The translations under genes and the position numbers were made by a program. This document shows, piece after piece, positions 9,106-17,976 of a stretch of DNA of 64,000 nucleotides. How positions within the stretch are numbered: the first letter of the stretch is position 1; every line of letters begins with the position of its first letter. Under the pieces are notes generated by a model. That model was given only the letters and a program-made list of their open reading frames with translations. It ran no database searches and had not been told where the DNA came from. This DNA comes from Peptococcia bacterium (GTDB lineage: Bacteria > Bacillota > Peptococcia > DRI-13 > DTU073), in assembly GCA_050951605.1 (NCBI GenBank), contig JBMNJJ010000003.1:4510-68509 (forward strand), in the 5' to 3' direction.

Positions 9106-9133
9106 GAGCCCTACTTAAATTTAAGTAGGGCTC
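9106..9133 (-). terminator. Perfect 12-bp stem / 4-nt loop hairpin just after flp (likely attenuating terminator or mRNA stabiliser)
   Basis: GAGCCCTACTTA-AATT-TAAGTAGGGCTC, 26 nt after the flp stop. The trailing U-tract is weak (ATTTACCCTTT). Confidence 0.5.
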
Positions 9134-9159
9134 GAATCCCTCCAATAATGTAATGTCGT

Positions 9160-9363
9160 TTAGGTCCCGGATTCAACTTCATCAGGAGCTGGCGGCTCAT
9201 TTAAGCCACCTGTTACATCTTCAAATTTTGATTTAATCGCATCTCCAAAAAGAACTAAAGCACCAATAACTACTACCGCTACTAAAGCTAAAATAAGTCC
9301 ATATTCGGCCATACCCTGACCTTGTTCTTCTTTTACCAACCGCTTTAATACCTTTAACATCAT
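9160..9363 (-). CDS. flp: Flp/Fap family type IVb pilin
   Basis: 67 aa. GQG-MAEYGLILALVAVVVIGAL matches the Flp motif (G/XXXXEY followed by a hydrophobic helix). GGAGG RBS upstream. Confidence 0.88.
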   Translation of the reverse strand: MMLKVLKRLVKEEQGQGMAEYGLILALVAVVVIGALVLFGDAIKSKFEDVTGGLNEPPAPDEVESGT

Positions 9364-9424
9364 AACCTCCCCTTTTCTTTGAAATTATTTTTTTATTATG
9401 ATTTTAGTATATCATTCTGATTTT

Positions 9425-9433
9425 ATTATACAA
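9425..9433 (-). promoter_or_regulatory. Candidate extended -10 (TGtTATAAT) for flp
   Basis: The minus strand reads CTTGTATAAT about 60 nt upstream of the flp ATG. I found no good -35. Confidence 0.35.
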
Positions 9434-9482
9434 GCTTTGACAAGAAAAAACATCAGCCCTTTTACCTGTTTTTACTATTCTT

Positions 9483-9540
9483 TAGTCCTAAATTGTTTTT
9501 GGGACTAGTCCTATAAACCGCATACGTTAGTCCTAGGACT
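9483..9540. promoter_or_regulatory. Three TAGTCCTA motifs at 22-23 bp spacing, two embedded in perfect palindromes; candidate operator array
   Basis: TAGTCCTA at 9483, 9506 and 9528. GGACTAGTCC (9502-9511) and AGTCCTAGGACT (9529-9540) are perfect palindromes. The array lies between the degU stop and the flp promoter region. Confidence 0.45.
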
Positions 9541-9546
9541 TCTTGG

Positions 9547-10207
9547 CTATATTTCCACAAGATGGTGCTTAATTGCAAATAAAACTGCTTGTGTACGGTC
9601 TTCGACTTGTAGTTTCCGGAAAATACTCGTAATATGATTTTTTACCGTCTTTTCACTAATCGATAATTCTACTGCAATTTCTTTATTACTTTGCCCTTGA
9701 GTCATCAATTTAAGAATATCCATTTCACGCTCAGTTAAAGTTTCCCATTCCTCTTTAGCTTGACGACGTCTTGTCAAACGATTGAGCTCTGTAAATAACA
9801 TCCGGGTAATACTGGGATCAATCACCGAATCGCCGGCAGCTACTGTTCTAATCGTTTCCACAAGTTTAGACGGAACAATATCTTTGAGCACATAACCGGA
9901 AACTCCTGCTCTTACTAATTCCAAGACATATTCCTCATCCTCATGTATCGTTAAAGCAATAATCCCTATTTGAGGGAACTCTCGCTTAATTACTCTAGTA
10001 GCCTCCACACCATTAGTCCCAGGCATATTAATATCCATCAAAATAATATCAGGCTGAAGTCTGCGCGCCATATTAATAGCCCCTTGCCCATCACCTGCTT
10101 CATCTATAACTTCAATATCCTTCTTCTAATTCTAATACTTTCCTTAATCCTTCTCTAACCAAAGGATGGTCATCAATAATCAACACTCTGACCTTAGCCT
10201 TCTCCAC
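9547..10207 (-). pseudogene. degU: DegU-like NarL/LuxR-family response regulator, interrupted by a +1 frameshift in the receiver domain
   Basis: From GTG at 10207 (RBS AGGGGAG) it reads VEKAKVRVLIIDDHPLVREGLRKVLELEEGY-stop. The next frame continues IEVIDEAGDGQGAINMARRLQPDIILMDINMPG... through the LuxR HTH. Deleting one C of CC at 10119-10120 restores a 219-aa protein. Length is 661 = 3x220+1. Confidence 0.85.
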
Positions 10208-10221
10208 ACTCTATCTCCCCT

Positions 10222-11364
10222 TTAAACATCTAATGGCAATATCGCTAAAATTTCTGTCCCCTCCCCCGGTCGAGAATTAATCATTAACTGACCACCTAAA
10301 ATTTCCAAACGTTCCTTCATGCCTAACAAGCCATAACTATCCCTTTGTGGGTTTTGCATAAACTCCTCTACGGGAAAACCCTTCCCATCATCAGTAATTT
10401 TGACAACTAGCCGCTGTGGTTCATTATGTAAAAAAATCTTAGCACAGCTAGCCTCCGCATGTTTAATCGTATTCTGTAACGCTTCTTGTACAACTCGATA
10501 TATCGCCACTTCAATGGGCGGAGCCAAACGTTGTTGCACTCCTGAAGAAGAGAGTGCCATCTCCATTTCAATATTATATCGTTCTTTCAAAGTCTCCAGG
10601 TAACGATTAAGAGCAGGAAGTAAACCCAAATCATCAAGAGCCATCGGACGAAGGTCAAAAATAATCCTACGCACATCTTGCAAACTCTTACGTACCATTC
10701 CCTTAAACTCACCCAACTCTTTACGTACTGCTTTCGGATCAAGAACAAGAAGCTTTTCACATACTTCTGCTCTTAAAATAACATTCGCCATCGATTGAGC
10801 TGGTCCATCATGTATCTCACGAGCTACTCGACGTCTTTCTTCTTCTTGAGCTCGAATGATTTCCGAAGCCAAATGACGTCTTTGCATCACAACTGTCAAT
10901 TGGTCATTTATATTTTTCAGATTTCCACCTAAATAATCAAATACAACGCCTACCTGAGTATTTAGTTTTTCAGCTTTATGCATGGTTAACCGCATTTTTT
11001 TAAGATTACGTTCTAATTCATTACGCCTTAAATTTAACTGCTTTTCACGTTCTCGTAAAGAACCTAATTGCACCTGTAAATCCCTAGCCCGGTCATAAGC
11101 TAAATGGGCGTCCTTCTCTGTATACTTGGTAAATTCTTTACTTACCTTTAATAAGTGAAGTCGTGCCGCTTTCTCTAATTCTTCCAAATGATCTACCTGT
11201 TCAATCGTAGTCATAAGTTCATTTTGAATTACCGCCAATTCCTCCTGTAGCCGTTCTTTTTCTGTTCGAGCATTATTAGCAATATATTGTATTTCCTTTT
11301 TGCTTTTTTCTATGGCAGTCAAAGTTTCTGCCACCACTTTTTCCAGACTGGGTATACGCATCAT
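10222..11364 (-). CDS. degS: DegS-like cytoplasmic sensor histidine kinase (HisKA_3 + HATPase)
   Basis: 380 aa with no TM segments and an N-terminal coiled coil. H-box EEERRRVAREIHDGPAQ, then IFDLRPMALDDLGL, DDGKGF and GLLGMKERLE. It is collinear with B. subtilis DegS. Confidence 0.85.
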   Translation of the reverse strand: MMRIPSLEKVVAETLTAIEKSKKEIQYIANNARTEKERLQEELAVIQNELMTTIEQVDHLEELEKAARLHLLKVSKEFTKYTEKDAHLAYDRARDLQVQLGSLREREKQLNLRRNELERNLKKMRLTMHKAEKLNTQVGVVFDYLGGNLKNINDQLTVVMQRRHLASEIIRAQEEERRRVAREIHDGPAQSMANVILRAEVCEKLLVLDPKAVRKELGEFKGMVRKSLQDVRRIIFDLRPMALDDLGLLPALNRYLETLKERYNIEMEMALSSSGVQQRLAPPIEVAIYRVVQEALQNTIKHAEASCAKIFLHNEPQRLVVKITDDGKGFPVEEFMQNPQRDSYGLLGMKERLEILGGQLMINSRPGEGTEILAILPLDV

Positions 11365-11458
11365 TCATCCTCATTTATTCTTTTATACCGTTCCTTCATT
11401 CCACCTTAATATTAATATTCGCTTAAAAATATATTTTTCCTGCCAAAAGTGAAAAAAA

Positions 11459-12871
11459 CTACAAAGGATACACCTTAGCCCCCATTTCTATTTCATTTTC
11501 TTGGGCTAAATTAAAGTCCACCTTACATTTAGCCGCATATTGCTCTTCTAAAAACTTTTTTGCCACCTGAGGAAAAATAGTATAGGAAAGCACGTCTTCT
11601 TCTTTTTGTAAATAAATACCAATCTCTTTGCGTGCCTGTTCTAACTGGGGCTCAATCAGGTCTGCCGGACGTCCGGTAATCGGCTCTTTATCCCCAATAA
11701 TCTCTTGTCGCAACTCCTCATTCACCGGAGCAGGAGTTGCTCCATAAAGACCACGCAAGTAATTTTTAACTTCATTCGTCACCATTTTATAACGCCCCAT
11801 TAGAACATTCAAAACAGCCTGAGTGCCCACAATCTGACTAGTCGGTGTAACTAATGGCGGGAAGCCCAAATCTTCCCGTACTCGCGGTACTTCCGCTAAA
11901 ACAGCCGGTAGTTTGTCCAAAGCATTTTGTTGTTGTAACTGCGAAATAAAATTAGAAAGCATTCCACCCGGCACTTGATACAAAAGCACCTTGGTATCCA
12001 CACCGGCTTTGAAAACATCAAATTGCTTATATTTTTTGCGTACTTCCTTGAAATAATCAGCGATTTCCATAAGTGCCTCTAAATTTAAACCTGTATCATA
12101 AGGTGTCCCCGCTAAAGTTGCCACCATCGTCTCTGTCGCCGGTTGTGAAGTCCCCATTGCCATAGAAGAAATCGCCGTATCAATCATCTCCGCTCCTGCT
12201 TCAATAGCTTTAAGATACATCATCGAAGCCATCCCACTAGTGTAATGAGTATGTACCTGTACCGGTAAAGCATATTTCTTTTTTATTTCGCCGACCAATT
12301 CATAAGCAGCATAAGGTTTTAAAATTCCAGCCATGTCTTTAATACAAATAGAATCAGCACCGGTATCTACTAATTGCCGCACTAATTCTAAAAAATAGTT
12401 TAAGTTATGAACAGGACTAACCGTATATGAAATCGTCGCTTGAACATGAGCGCCTTCTTTTTTGGCAGTGTCCATAGCCTTTTCTAAATTACGTACATCA
12501 TTCATCGCATCAAAAATTCGGAAAATATCCATACCGTGAGCTACTGCTTTTTTCACAAATTCCTCCACGACATCATCAGCATAATGCTTGTACCCCACCA
12601 AATTCTGACCACGTAAAAGCATTTGTGTTTTAGTCTTTTTCAAAACTTGTTTAATCTTATCTAACCGCTCCCAGGGGTCTTCATTTAAAAATCTCATACA
12701 AGTATCAAATGTAGCTCCACCCCAAACCTCCATAGAATAAAAACCTACTTCATCCATTTTTTCTGCAATAGGCAACATATCCTCCGTTTTCATTCGCGTT
12801 GCCAACAAAGACTGATGGCTATCTCGCCAAGTCGTATCCGTAATTCCGACTCTTTTCGCTCCATTAACCAT
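11459..12871 (-). CDS. Carboxyltransferase (oxaloacetate decarboxylase alpha / transcarboxylase 5S / PycB-like) without a biotinyl domain
   Basis: ITDTTWRDSHQSL and CIKDMAG motifs. I place the start at ATG 12871, which has a GGAGG RBS 7 nt upstream. There is no AMKM biotinylation motif at the C-terminus. Confidence 0.8.
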   Translation of the reverse strand: MVNGAKRVGITDTTWRDSHQSLLATRMKTEDMLPIAEKMDEVGFYSMEVWGGATFDTCMRFLNEDPWERLDKIKQVLKKTKTQMLLRGQNLVGYKHYADDVVEEFVKKAVAHGMDIFRIFDAMNDVRNLEKAMDTAKKEGAHVQATISYTVSPVHNLNYFLELVRQLVDTGADSICIKDMAGILKPYAAYELVGEIKKKYALPVQVHTHYTSGMASMMYLKAIEAGAEMIDTAISSMAMGTSQPATETMVATLAGTPYDTGLNLEALMEIADYFKEVRKKYKQFDVFKAGVDTKVLLYQVPGGMLSNFISQLQQQNALDKLPAVLAEVPRVREDLGFPPLVTPTSQIVGTQAVLNVLMGRYKMVTNEVKNYLRGLYGATPAPVNEELRQEIIGDKEPITGRPADLIEPQLEQARKEIGIYLQKEEDVLSYTIFPQVAKKFLEEQYAAKCKVDFNLAQENEIEMGAKVYPL

Positions 12872-12970
12872 AACTTTACCTCCGGCACATTCAAAATATA
12901 ATGAAAGGATTTTCCCTTGCATTGATTATACATTATATACCACCAAAATACCATCTTCAACAAAATAACC

Positions 12971-13561
12971 TTATTTCTTGGCAATTCCCTTTAAATAATA
13001 ATCCAACGTTTCTTCGATCAGGAGCTCCAACTTGTCCGACTCTAAATCTTCCTCCACATAAAACCCTGCCATCGACGCTAACCCCCCATAAAACAAATGA
13101 GCAAAAAGCAACCCATTAATTGACCTGATTTCCTGCTGATGAATACCTTCTTCAATAATATCCTTAATTAAAAGAAGCCGTTCGTAATGCTTTTCCATCA
13201 ACCAAGAACGAAAAGGTGAATCTAAAAAAGCTGTTTCCATCGCTGTCGTTTTAGCCAAGGGATGAAAACGTTTCCAAATAATTAAGCTCTGCCTAATCAG
13301 CCCTTGCAATTTTTCCTTAATCGTTTTTGCGTTGCTCAATTCTTCCTTAAGTAACTCATCAAAAGTACCGACACCTTCTTTAAGGATTTCTTTAAAAAGT
13401 TCTTCCTTACTACTGAAATACTCATAAACAGTCCCTTTCCCCACTCCGGCTTTATGAGCAATATCTTCCATTTTAGCAAGATGAAAACCTTTAACAGAAA
13501 AAATCTGCAAAGCCGCTTCCATAATCTGTTCCTTTTTTGTCGTAACACAACTTCCCGACAT
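12971..13561 (-). CDS. TetR/AcrR family transcriptional regulator
   Basis: N-terminal HTH GFHLAKMEDIAHKAGVGKGTVYEYFSSKEELF. It sits directly downstream of the RND pump gene. Confidence 0.88.
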   Translation of the reverse strand: MSGSCVTTKKEQIMEAALQIFSVKGFHLAKMEDIAHKAGVGKGTVYEYFSSKEELFKEILKEGVGTFDELLKEELSNAKTIKEKLQGLIRQSLIIWKRFHPLAKTTAMETAFLDSPFRSWLMEKHYERLLLIKDIIEEGIHQQEIRSINGLLFAHLFYGGLASMAGFYVEEDLESDKLELLIEETLDYYLKGIAKK

Positions 13562-13562
13562 C

Positions 13563-16500
13563 TTATTCTCCTCCCGCCGTACTGTTCGTCAATGAAATAG
13601 CCTCAACTTTTTTCTGAGAACGAAAAAGTCTCTTCATCTTAGAGCTAAAATTATCCATAATAATATAAAGACACGGAATTAGCACCAATGTAATTATGGT
13701 GGAAACAGTTAACCCACCGGCAACAGCCGTAGCCATAGGTGCCGAAAGTTCTGCCCCTTCCCCAATTCCTAAAGTTAAAGGAAGTAAGGCTAAAATCGTG
13801 GTAAGAGCCGTCATCAAAATCGGTCTTAAACGAGTAGGACCGGCCTTTAAAATAGCCTCATCCCGAGATAGTCCATCACGCCTCCGCAAAGTATTGATAT
13901 AGTCAACCAAGACAATCGCATTATTCACCACAATCCCGGCCAACATAATCACTCCGACAAAAGTGGGAATACTCAAAGTACGACCTGTCAACAAAAGAGA
14001 AAAGACTACACCAATCAACATCGGAGGGATAGCAAACATAATAACAAACGGATATAATAAACCTTCAAACTGTGCCGCTAAAATCATATAAACCAAAACT
14101 ATAGCTAAAATTAATGCTAAACTTAAGTCCTGAAAAGCCTCCACCATTTCTTTATGTGCCCCACCAAATTCTAACTGCACCCCCGGCGGAATCGTAAGGT
14201 CATTAAGTGCTATCTGGATATCTGCGATGACACTGTTTAAATCACGCTCATAAATATCCCCGGTAATAGTAACACGTCGCGATTGATTTTTTCTTTCAAT
14301 CTGTGTCGGACCTTCCACCATTTCTAATTCGGCTACATCACGTAAATGAACTAAAGAACCGTAAGGAGAAGAAATCATTAAAGATTCTAAGTCATTGATA
14401 TTCTGACGATATTGTTCATCCAATACTACCCGTACATCAACTTCCTCTCCCTTTTCACGATAACGTGTCGCCGTTGTACCGTTAATTGCCGTAGATAAAA
14501 GAGAAGATAATTGTGTTGTATTAATTCCATATTGTTCCGCTTTTTTTCTCTGCAATTTCAAATGAATTTCCGGACGACCGTTCTCTATACTTGTCGTTAC
14601 TTCACGAGTACCTTCAATACCTTTTACCCGCTCTGCAATCGTGTCTGCCAACATTTTTAAAACATCTAAATTATCCCCGGTTAAACCAATTTCAATAGGT
14701 GACTGCAGTCCTCCCATCGCTACATCTAAGCCCATTACTTCAATATCTGCTCCCGGAATACCGGCACATTTATCTCTGAGGTCATCCAAAACTTGATCAA
14801 TTGAACGAGCTCGCTGCCTTTTTTCCGTAAGCTTTCCTCTAATCACTGACTGTTCCGGAGTAGAACCGGAAGAGCCCATCCCCGGCTCGGCACCAACAGC
14901 ATAAATCGCCCACTCATGTTCCGGCAATTCTTCAATATACTGTTCCACCAATTTAGTCACACGCTGAGTTTCCCTTACTGCCGTACCATTGGGTAGAGTA
15001 ATATTAACTGTATATTCACCACTATCCTGTTTCGGCAAAAACTCCATTCCCACAAGGGGAATCACCGCTATACTGGCAATGAAAAGACCTAAAGTAAAAA
15101 ACACTACCGTCTTACGATGTTGAATTGACCACCCTAAAATACGACGATAAAACTCATCTATTACAGTTAAAGCTTTACCCCATGCCTCAAACAACGTTTT
15201 CTTAATTCTAAATTCCTTTTTCTTCCCTTTCTGCTTAGCCCCACCGGAATCAGTAGAAGAACCCACCGATTCCACTTTAAGTATTTTAGAAGAAAGCATC
15301 GGTACCAAAGTCAAGGCCACCACAAGAGAAGCAAGCAAAGCAAAAGATACCGTCAAGGCCATAGGACGAAAAATCTGTGAAGCAAGCCCTTCCACATAAA
15401 CAATCGGTAAAAAAACAACAATTGTCGTTAACGTAGAGGCCGTTACTGCTAAGGAAACTTCGGCCGCTCCTTGCTTAGCCGCTTCTATTCTAGAATAACC
15501 TTCCTGGCGATAACGATAAATATTTTCTAAAATAACGATCGAACTATCCACCATCATCCCTATACCTAATGCCAAGCCACCTAAAGTAATTATATTAAGT
15601 GTTAACCCACCAAAATACATCAAAATAAAGGTAGCAATAATGGCAATAGGAATAGCTGCACCAATAACTACAGTACTTCTAATATTCCTCAAAAACAAAA
15701 ATAAAATCAAAATAGCCAATGCTGCACCAATAAGTGCATTTTCTTTAACTTGATCCAGAGCCAGACGAATATATTCCGCTTGATCAAAACCCACATTAAC
15801 CTTCAGTTTTTGCGGTAACTCCTTTTCTAACTCTGCTATTTCCGTTTTTATAGCTTCCGATACTTTAACTGTATTCGCATCTGTTTGCTTTTGTATCGCA
15901 ATCTGCACACTAGGAACACCATCCATATAGACAAATTGTTTTGTATCTTTAAATGTATCTTCCACACGTGCTATCTCCGCTAAACGTACATAACCACCTG
16001 AAGTTAAAGGAATTTGCAAATCTTCGATTTCCTGTACACTGCTAAACTCCCCTACCACACGCACCGTTTGCTCTTTGAGCCCTTCTTCGATCGTTCCTAC
16101 CGAAGCATCTCTATTTTCCATCCGTAACTGTCCGATAACTTGCTCTAAAGAAATCCCATAAGCCTGCAAACGCTGAGGGACCGCAGAAATACGAATTTCT
16201 CGTTTCACCCCACCGGAAACCGTAACTGAAGCTACTCCCTCTACCCTTTCTAAACGAGGCTGAATCACATCAGTCGCTAATTTATCCAAAGTATCCAGGT
16301 CATAATCACCACTAAAACCCATTACCATAATAGGCATCATATTAGGGTCCAGTTTAAGAATCATCGTTTTATCTGCATCTGCCGGAAGAAAAGATGAAGT
16401 AAAATCTATTTTTTCCCTCATCTGATTAATTGCGAAATTCATATCTGTGCCCCAACTAAACTCTAAAATAACTAAAGAGCTTCCCTGGCGTGAAATGGAA

Positions 16501-16742
16501 TTAATACTCTTAATCCCATTTACCGCTCCTAAAGCACCTTCCAAAGGTCGTGTAACCAACTTCTCTATCTCTTCCGGTCCCACGTTCTCATAAGAAGTCA
16601 TCGCTAAAGCCAGCGGCAACTCTAATTCCGGGAATAAATCCAGATTTAATTTATTCATCGAAACTAAACCTAGTAAAATAATCATCAAAAAAATCATGGC
16701 AATAGTTATGGGACGCCTAACCGCTAAGTCCGAAAGTTTCAT
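13563..16742 (-). CDS. RND efflux transporter permease (AcrB/AcrD/AcrF superfamily)
   Basis: 1059 aa with the duplicated 6-TM plus large-loop architecture. Conserved stretches such as GGLALGIGMMVDSSIVILENI. Confidence 0.9.
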   Translation of the reverse strand: MKLSDLAVRRPITIAMIFLMIILLGLVSMNKLNLDLFPELELPLALAMTSYENVGPEEIEKLVTRPLEGALGAVNGIKSINSISRQGSSLVILEFSWGTDMNFAINQMREKIDFTSSFLPADADKTMILKLDPNMMPIMVMGFSGDYDLDTLDKLATDVIQPRLERVEGVASVTVSGGVKREIRISAVPQRLQAYGISLEQVIGQLRMENRDASVGTIEEGLKEQTVRVVGEFSSVQEIEDLQIPLTSGGYVRLAEIARVEDTFKDTKQFVYMDGVPSVQIAIQKQTDANTVKVSEAIKTEIAELEKELPQKLKVNVGFDQAEYIRLALDQVKENALIGAALAILILFLFLRNIRSTVVIGAAIPIAIIATFILMYFGGLTLNIITLGGLALGIGMMVDSSIVILENIYRYRQEGYSRIEAAKQGAAEVSLAVTASTLTTIVVFLPIVYVEGLASQIFRPMALTVSFALLASLVVALTLVPMLSSKILKVESVGSSTDSGGAKQKGKKKEFRIKKTLFEAWGKALTVIDEFYRRILGWSIQHRKTVVFFTLGLFIASIAVIPLVGMEFLPKQDSGEYTVNITLPNGTAVRETQRVTKLVEQYIEELPEHEWAIYAVGAEPGMGSSGSTPEQSVIRGKLTEKRQRARSIDQVLDDLRDKCAGIPGADIEVMGLDVAMGGLQSPIEIGLTGDNLDVLKMLADTIAERVKGIEGTREVTTSIENGRPEIHLKLQRKKAEQYGINTTQLSSLLSTAINGTTATRYREKGEEVDVRVVLDEQYRQNINDLESLMISSPYGSLVHLRDVAELEMVEGPTQIERKNQSRRVTITGDIYERDLNSVIADIQIALNDLTIPPGVQLEFGGAHKEMVEAFQDLSLALILAIVLVYMILAAQFEGLLYPFVIMFAIPPMLIGVVFSLLLTGRTLSIPTFVGVIMLAGIVVNNAIVLVDYINTLRRRDGLSRDEAILKAGPTRLRPILMTALTTILALLPLTLGIGEGAELSAPMATAVAGGLTVSTIITLVLIPCLYIIMDNFSSKMKRLFRSQKKVEAISLTNSTAGGE

Positions 16743-17758
16743 TTGTTTTCACCCCTCGTCAAAGGAGCTACAGGGCTACCGTCTTTAACTCCATATTGAC
16801 CTTCGACAATCAACATCTCCCCTTCATGAAGACCTTTAACTACTTCTGCACGATCACCCAAAGTCAATCCTAATTCTACTTCACGCATCTTCGCTATATC
16901 ACTTTCCACCACAAAAACAACTTGCTTCTGTTCAAATTCTACTACCGCATACTGAGGAATAACTAAAATATTTTCTTTCCGCTCTGTAACAAGCCGGACT
17001 TCACCATACATCCCATCTTTCAATAATCCTTTTTTATTAGGCAGAGATAAAGTTACAGGATAAGCCTTCGTACGTGAATCTATCTGCGGTGGAATAGTAA
17101 TAATCACACCTTTAAAGTCTTCCTTAGCTACCGCAGGTACACTAACCTCCACCCGGGCACCCTTATTTAATTTACTAATATACGCCTCTCCTACCTGAAT
17201 TTCTAATTCCAAATAATCTATATCCACAATAGAAACAAGGGGGGCACTTCCGGCTAATTGCCCCTCTATAGCAGAAACAGAAGCAACAACACCATTAATC
17301 GTACTAAGAAGAGAACAGTTTTCCTTTTGTAATTGTAAATTCTCCAAAGCAGTTTCTGATTGTTCCAATTGGAACTTAGAAACAGCCCCTATTTCATAAA
17401 GCTCTAAATTACGCTCATAAGCCAACTCAGCTTGCTCGAGCTGTAAATCAAGTTCTCGTGAATCAAAAATTACTAAAGGTGTTCCTTTAGTAACATAATC
17501 ACCCACTTCTACAAGTACATCCACAATCTTAAAAACAGGACTTTTAGCAACAATAAAAACTTCCTCTTGAGCTTTTAACAACCCGCCCAAAGGAATCTTC
17601 TTTTCTAATGTTCCTTTATGTACATTTTCTACAGTAACCGGTATCTTTTTCACTTGAGAATCTACCACTTTTTGTTCTTCTTGGGATTGACACCCCACTG
17701 AAACTACACTTAGAATAATAAACATTGCTAATACAAGTATTAATCCTTTTTTTGTCAT
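16739..17758 (-). CDS. RND efflux periplasmic adaptor (membrane fusion protein, HlyD family)
   Basis: Lipoprotein-like N-terminus (VSVGC), coiled-coil hairpin and beta-barrel regions. Its end overlaps the pump start by 4 nt. Start chosen at ATG 17758 behind GGAGG. Confidence 0.85.
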   Translation of the reverse strand: MTKKGLILVLAMFIILSVVSVGCQSQEEQKVVDSQVKKIPVTVENVHKGTLEKKIPLGGLLKAQEEVFIVAKSPVFKIVDVLVEVGDYVTKGTPLVIFDSRELDLQLEQAELAYERNLELYEIGAVSKFQLEQSETALENLQLQKENCSLLSTINGVVASVSAIEGQLAGSAPLVSIVDIDYLELEIQVGEAYISKLNKGARVEVSVPAVAKEDFKGVIITIPPQIDSRTKAYPVTLSLPNKKGLLKDGMYGEVRLVTERKENILVIPQYAVVEFEQKQVVFVVESDIAKMREVELGLTLGDRAEVVKGLHEGEMLIVEGQYGVKDGSPVAPLTRGENK

Positions 17759-17976
17759 CCTCTTTCCTCCCCTTATTTCCCCGACTGAACGGTCAGTCAC
17801 TTGCTTATATTGTAAATTTTCCCTACCTTCTTGTCAACAAAATATCAAAAAAACAAGACGTTTAACTCCTTTTTGGATAACAAGTATAATAAAAATCGTT
17901 TGCAATATTATATGAACTATCAATATAATTATAAGGAAGACAAAATAATCTTTAAGAAAGAACGTGAGGCTAATTT

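Noticed and set aside
9437-9442. Perfect TTGACA on the plus strand upstream of nothing
   Set aside because: There is no -10 element at 16-18 bp and no plus-strand gene downstream. It is the complement of the flp upstream region.
10105-10130. Programmed ribosomal frameshift in degU
   Set aside because: There is no slippery heptamer or downstream structure at the site, and no precedent that I know of for this family. A simple 1-nt insertion explains it.
12872-12984. N-terminal extension of the carboxyltransferase (ORF start 12922) and the overlapping 64-aa ORF 12790-12984
   Set aside because: ATG 12871 has a well-spaced GGAGG RBS, and homologs start near MV..K..ITDTT. The extension and the overlapping ORF have no support.
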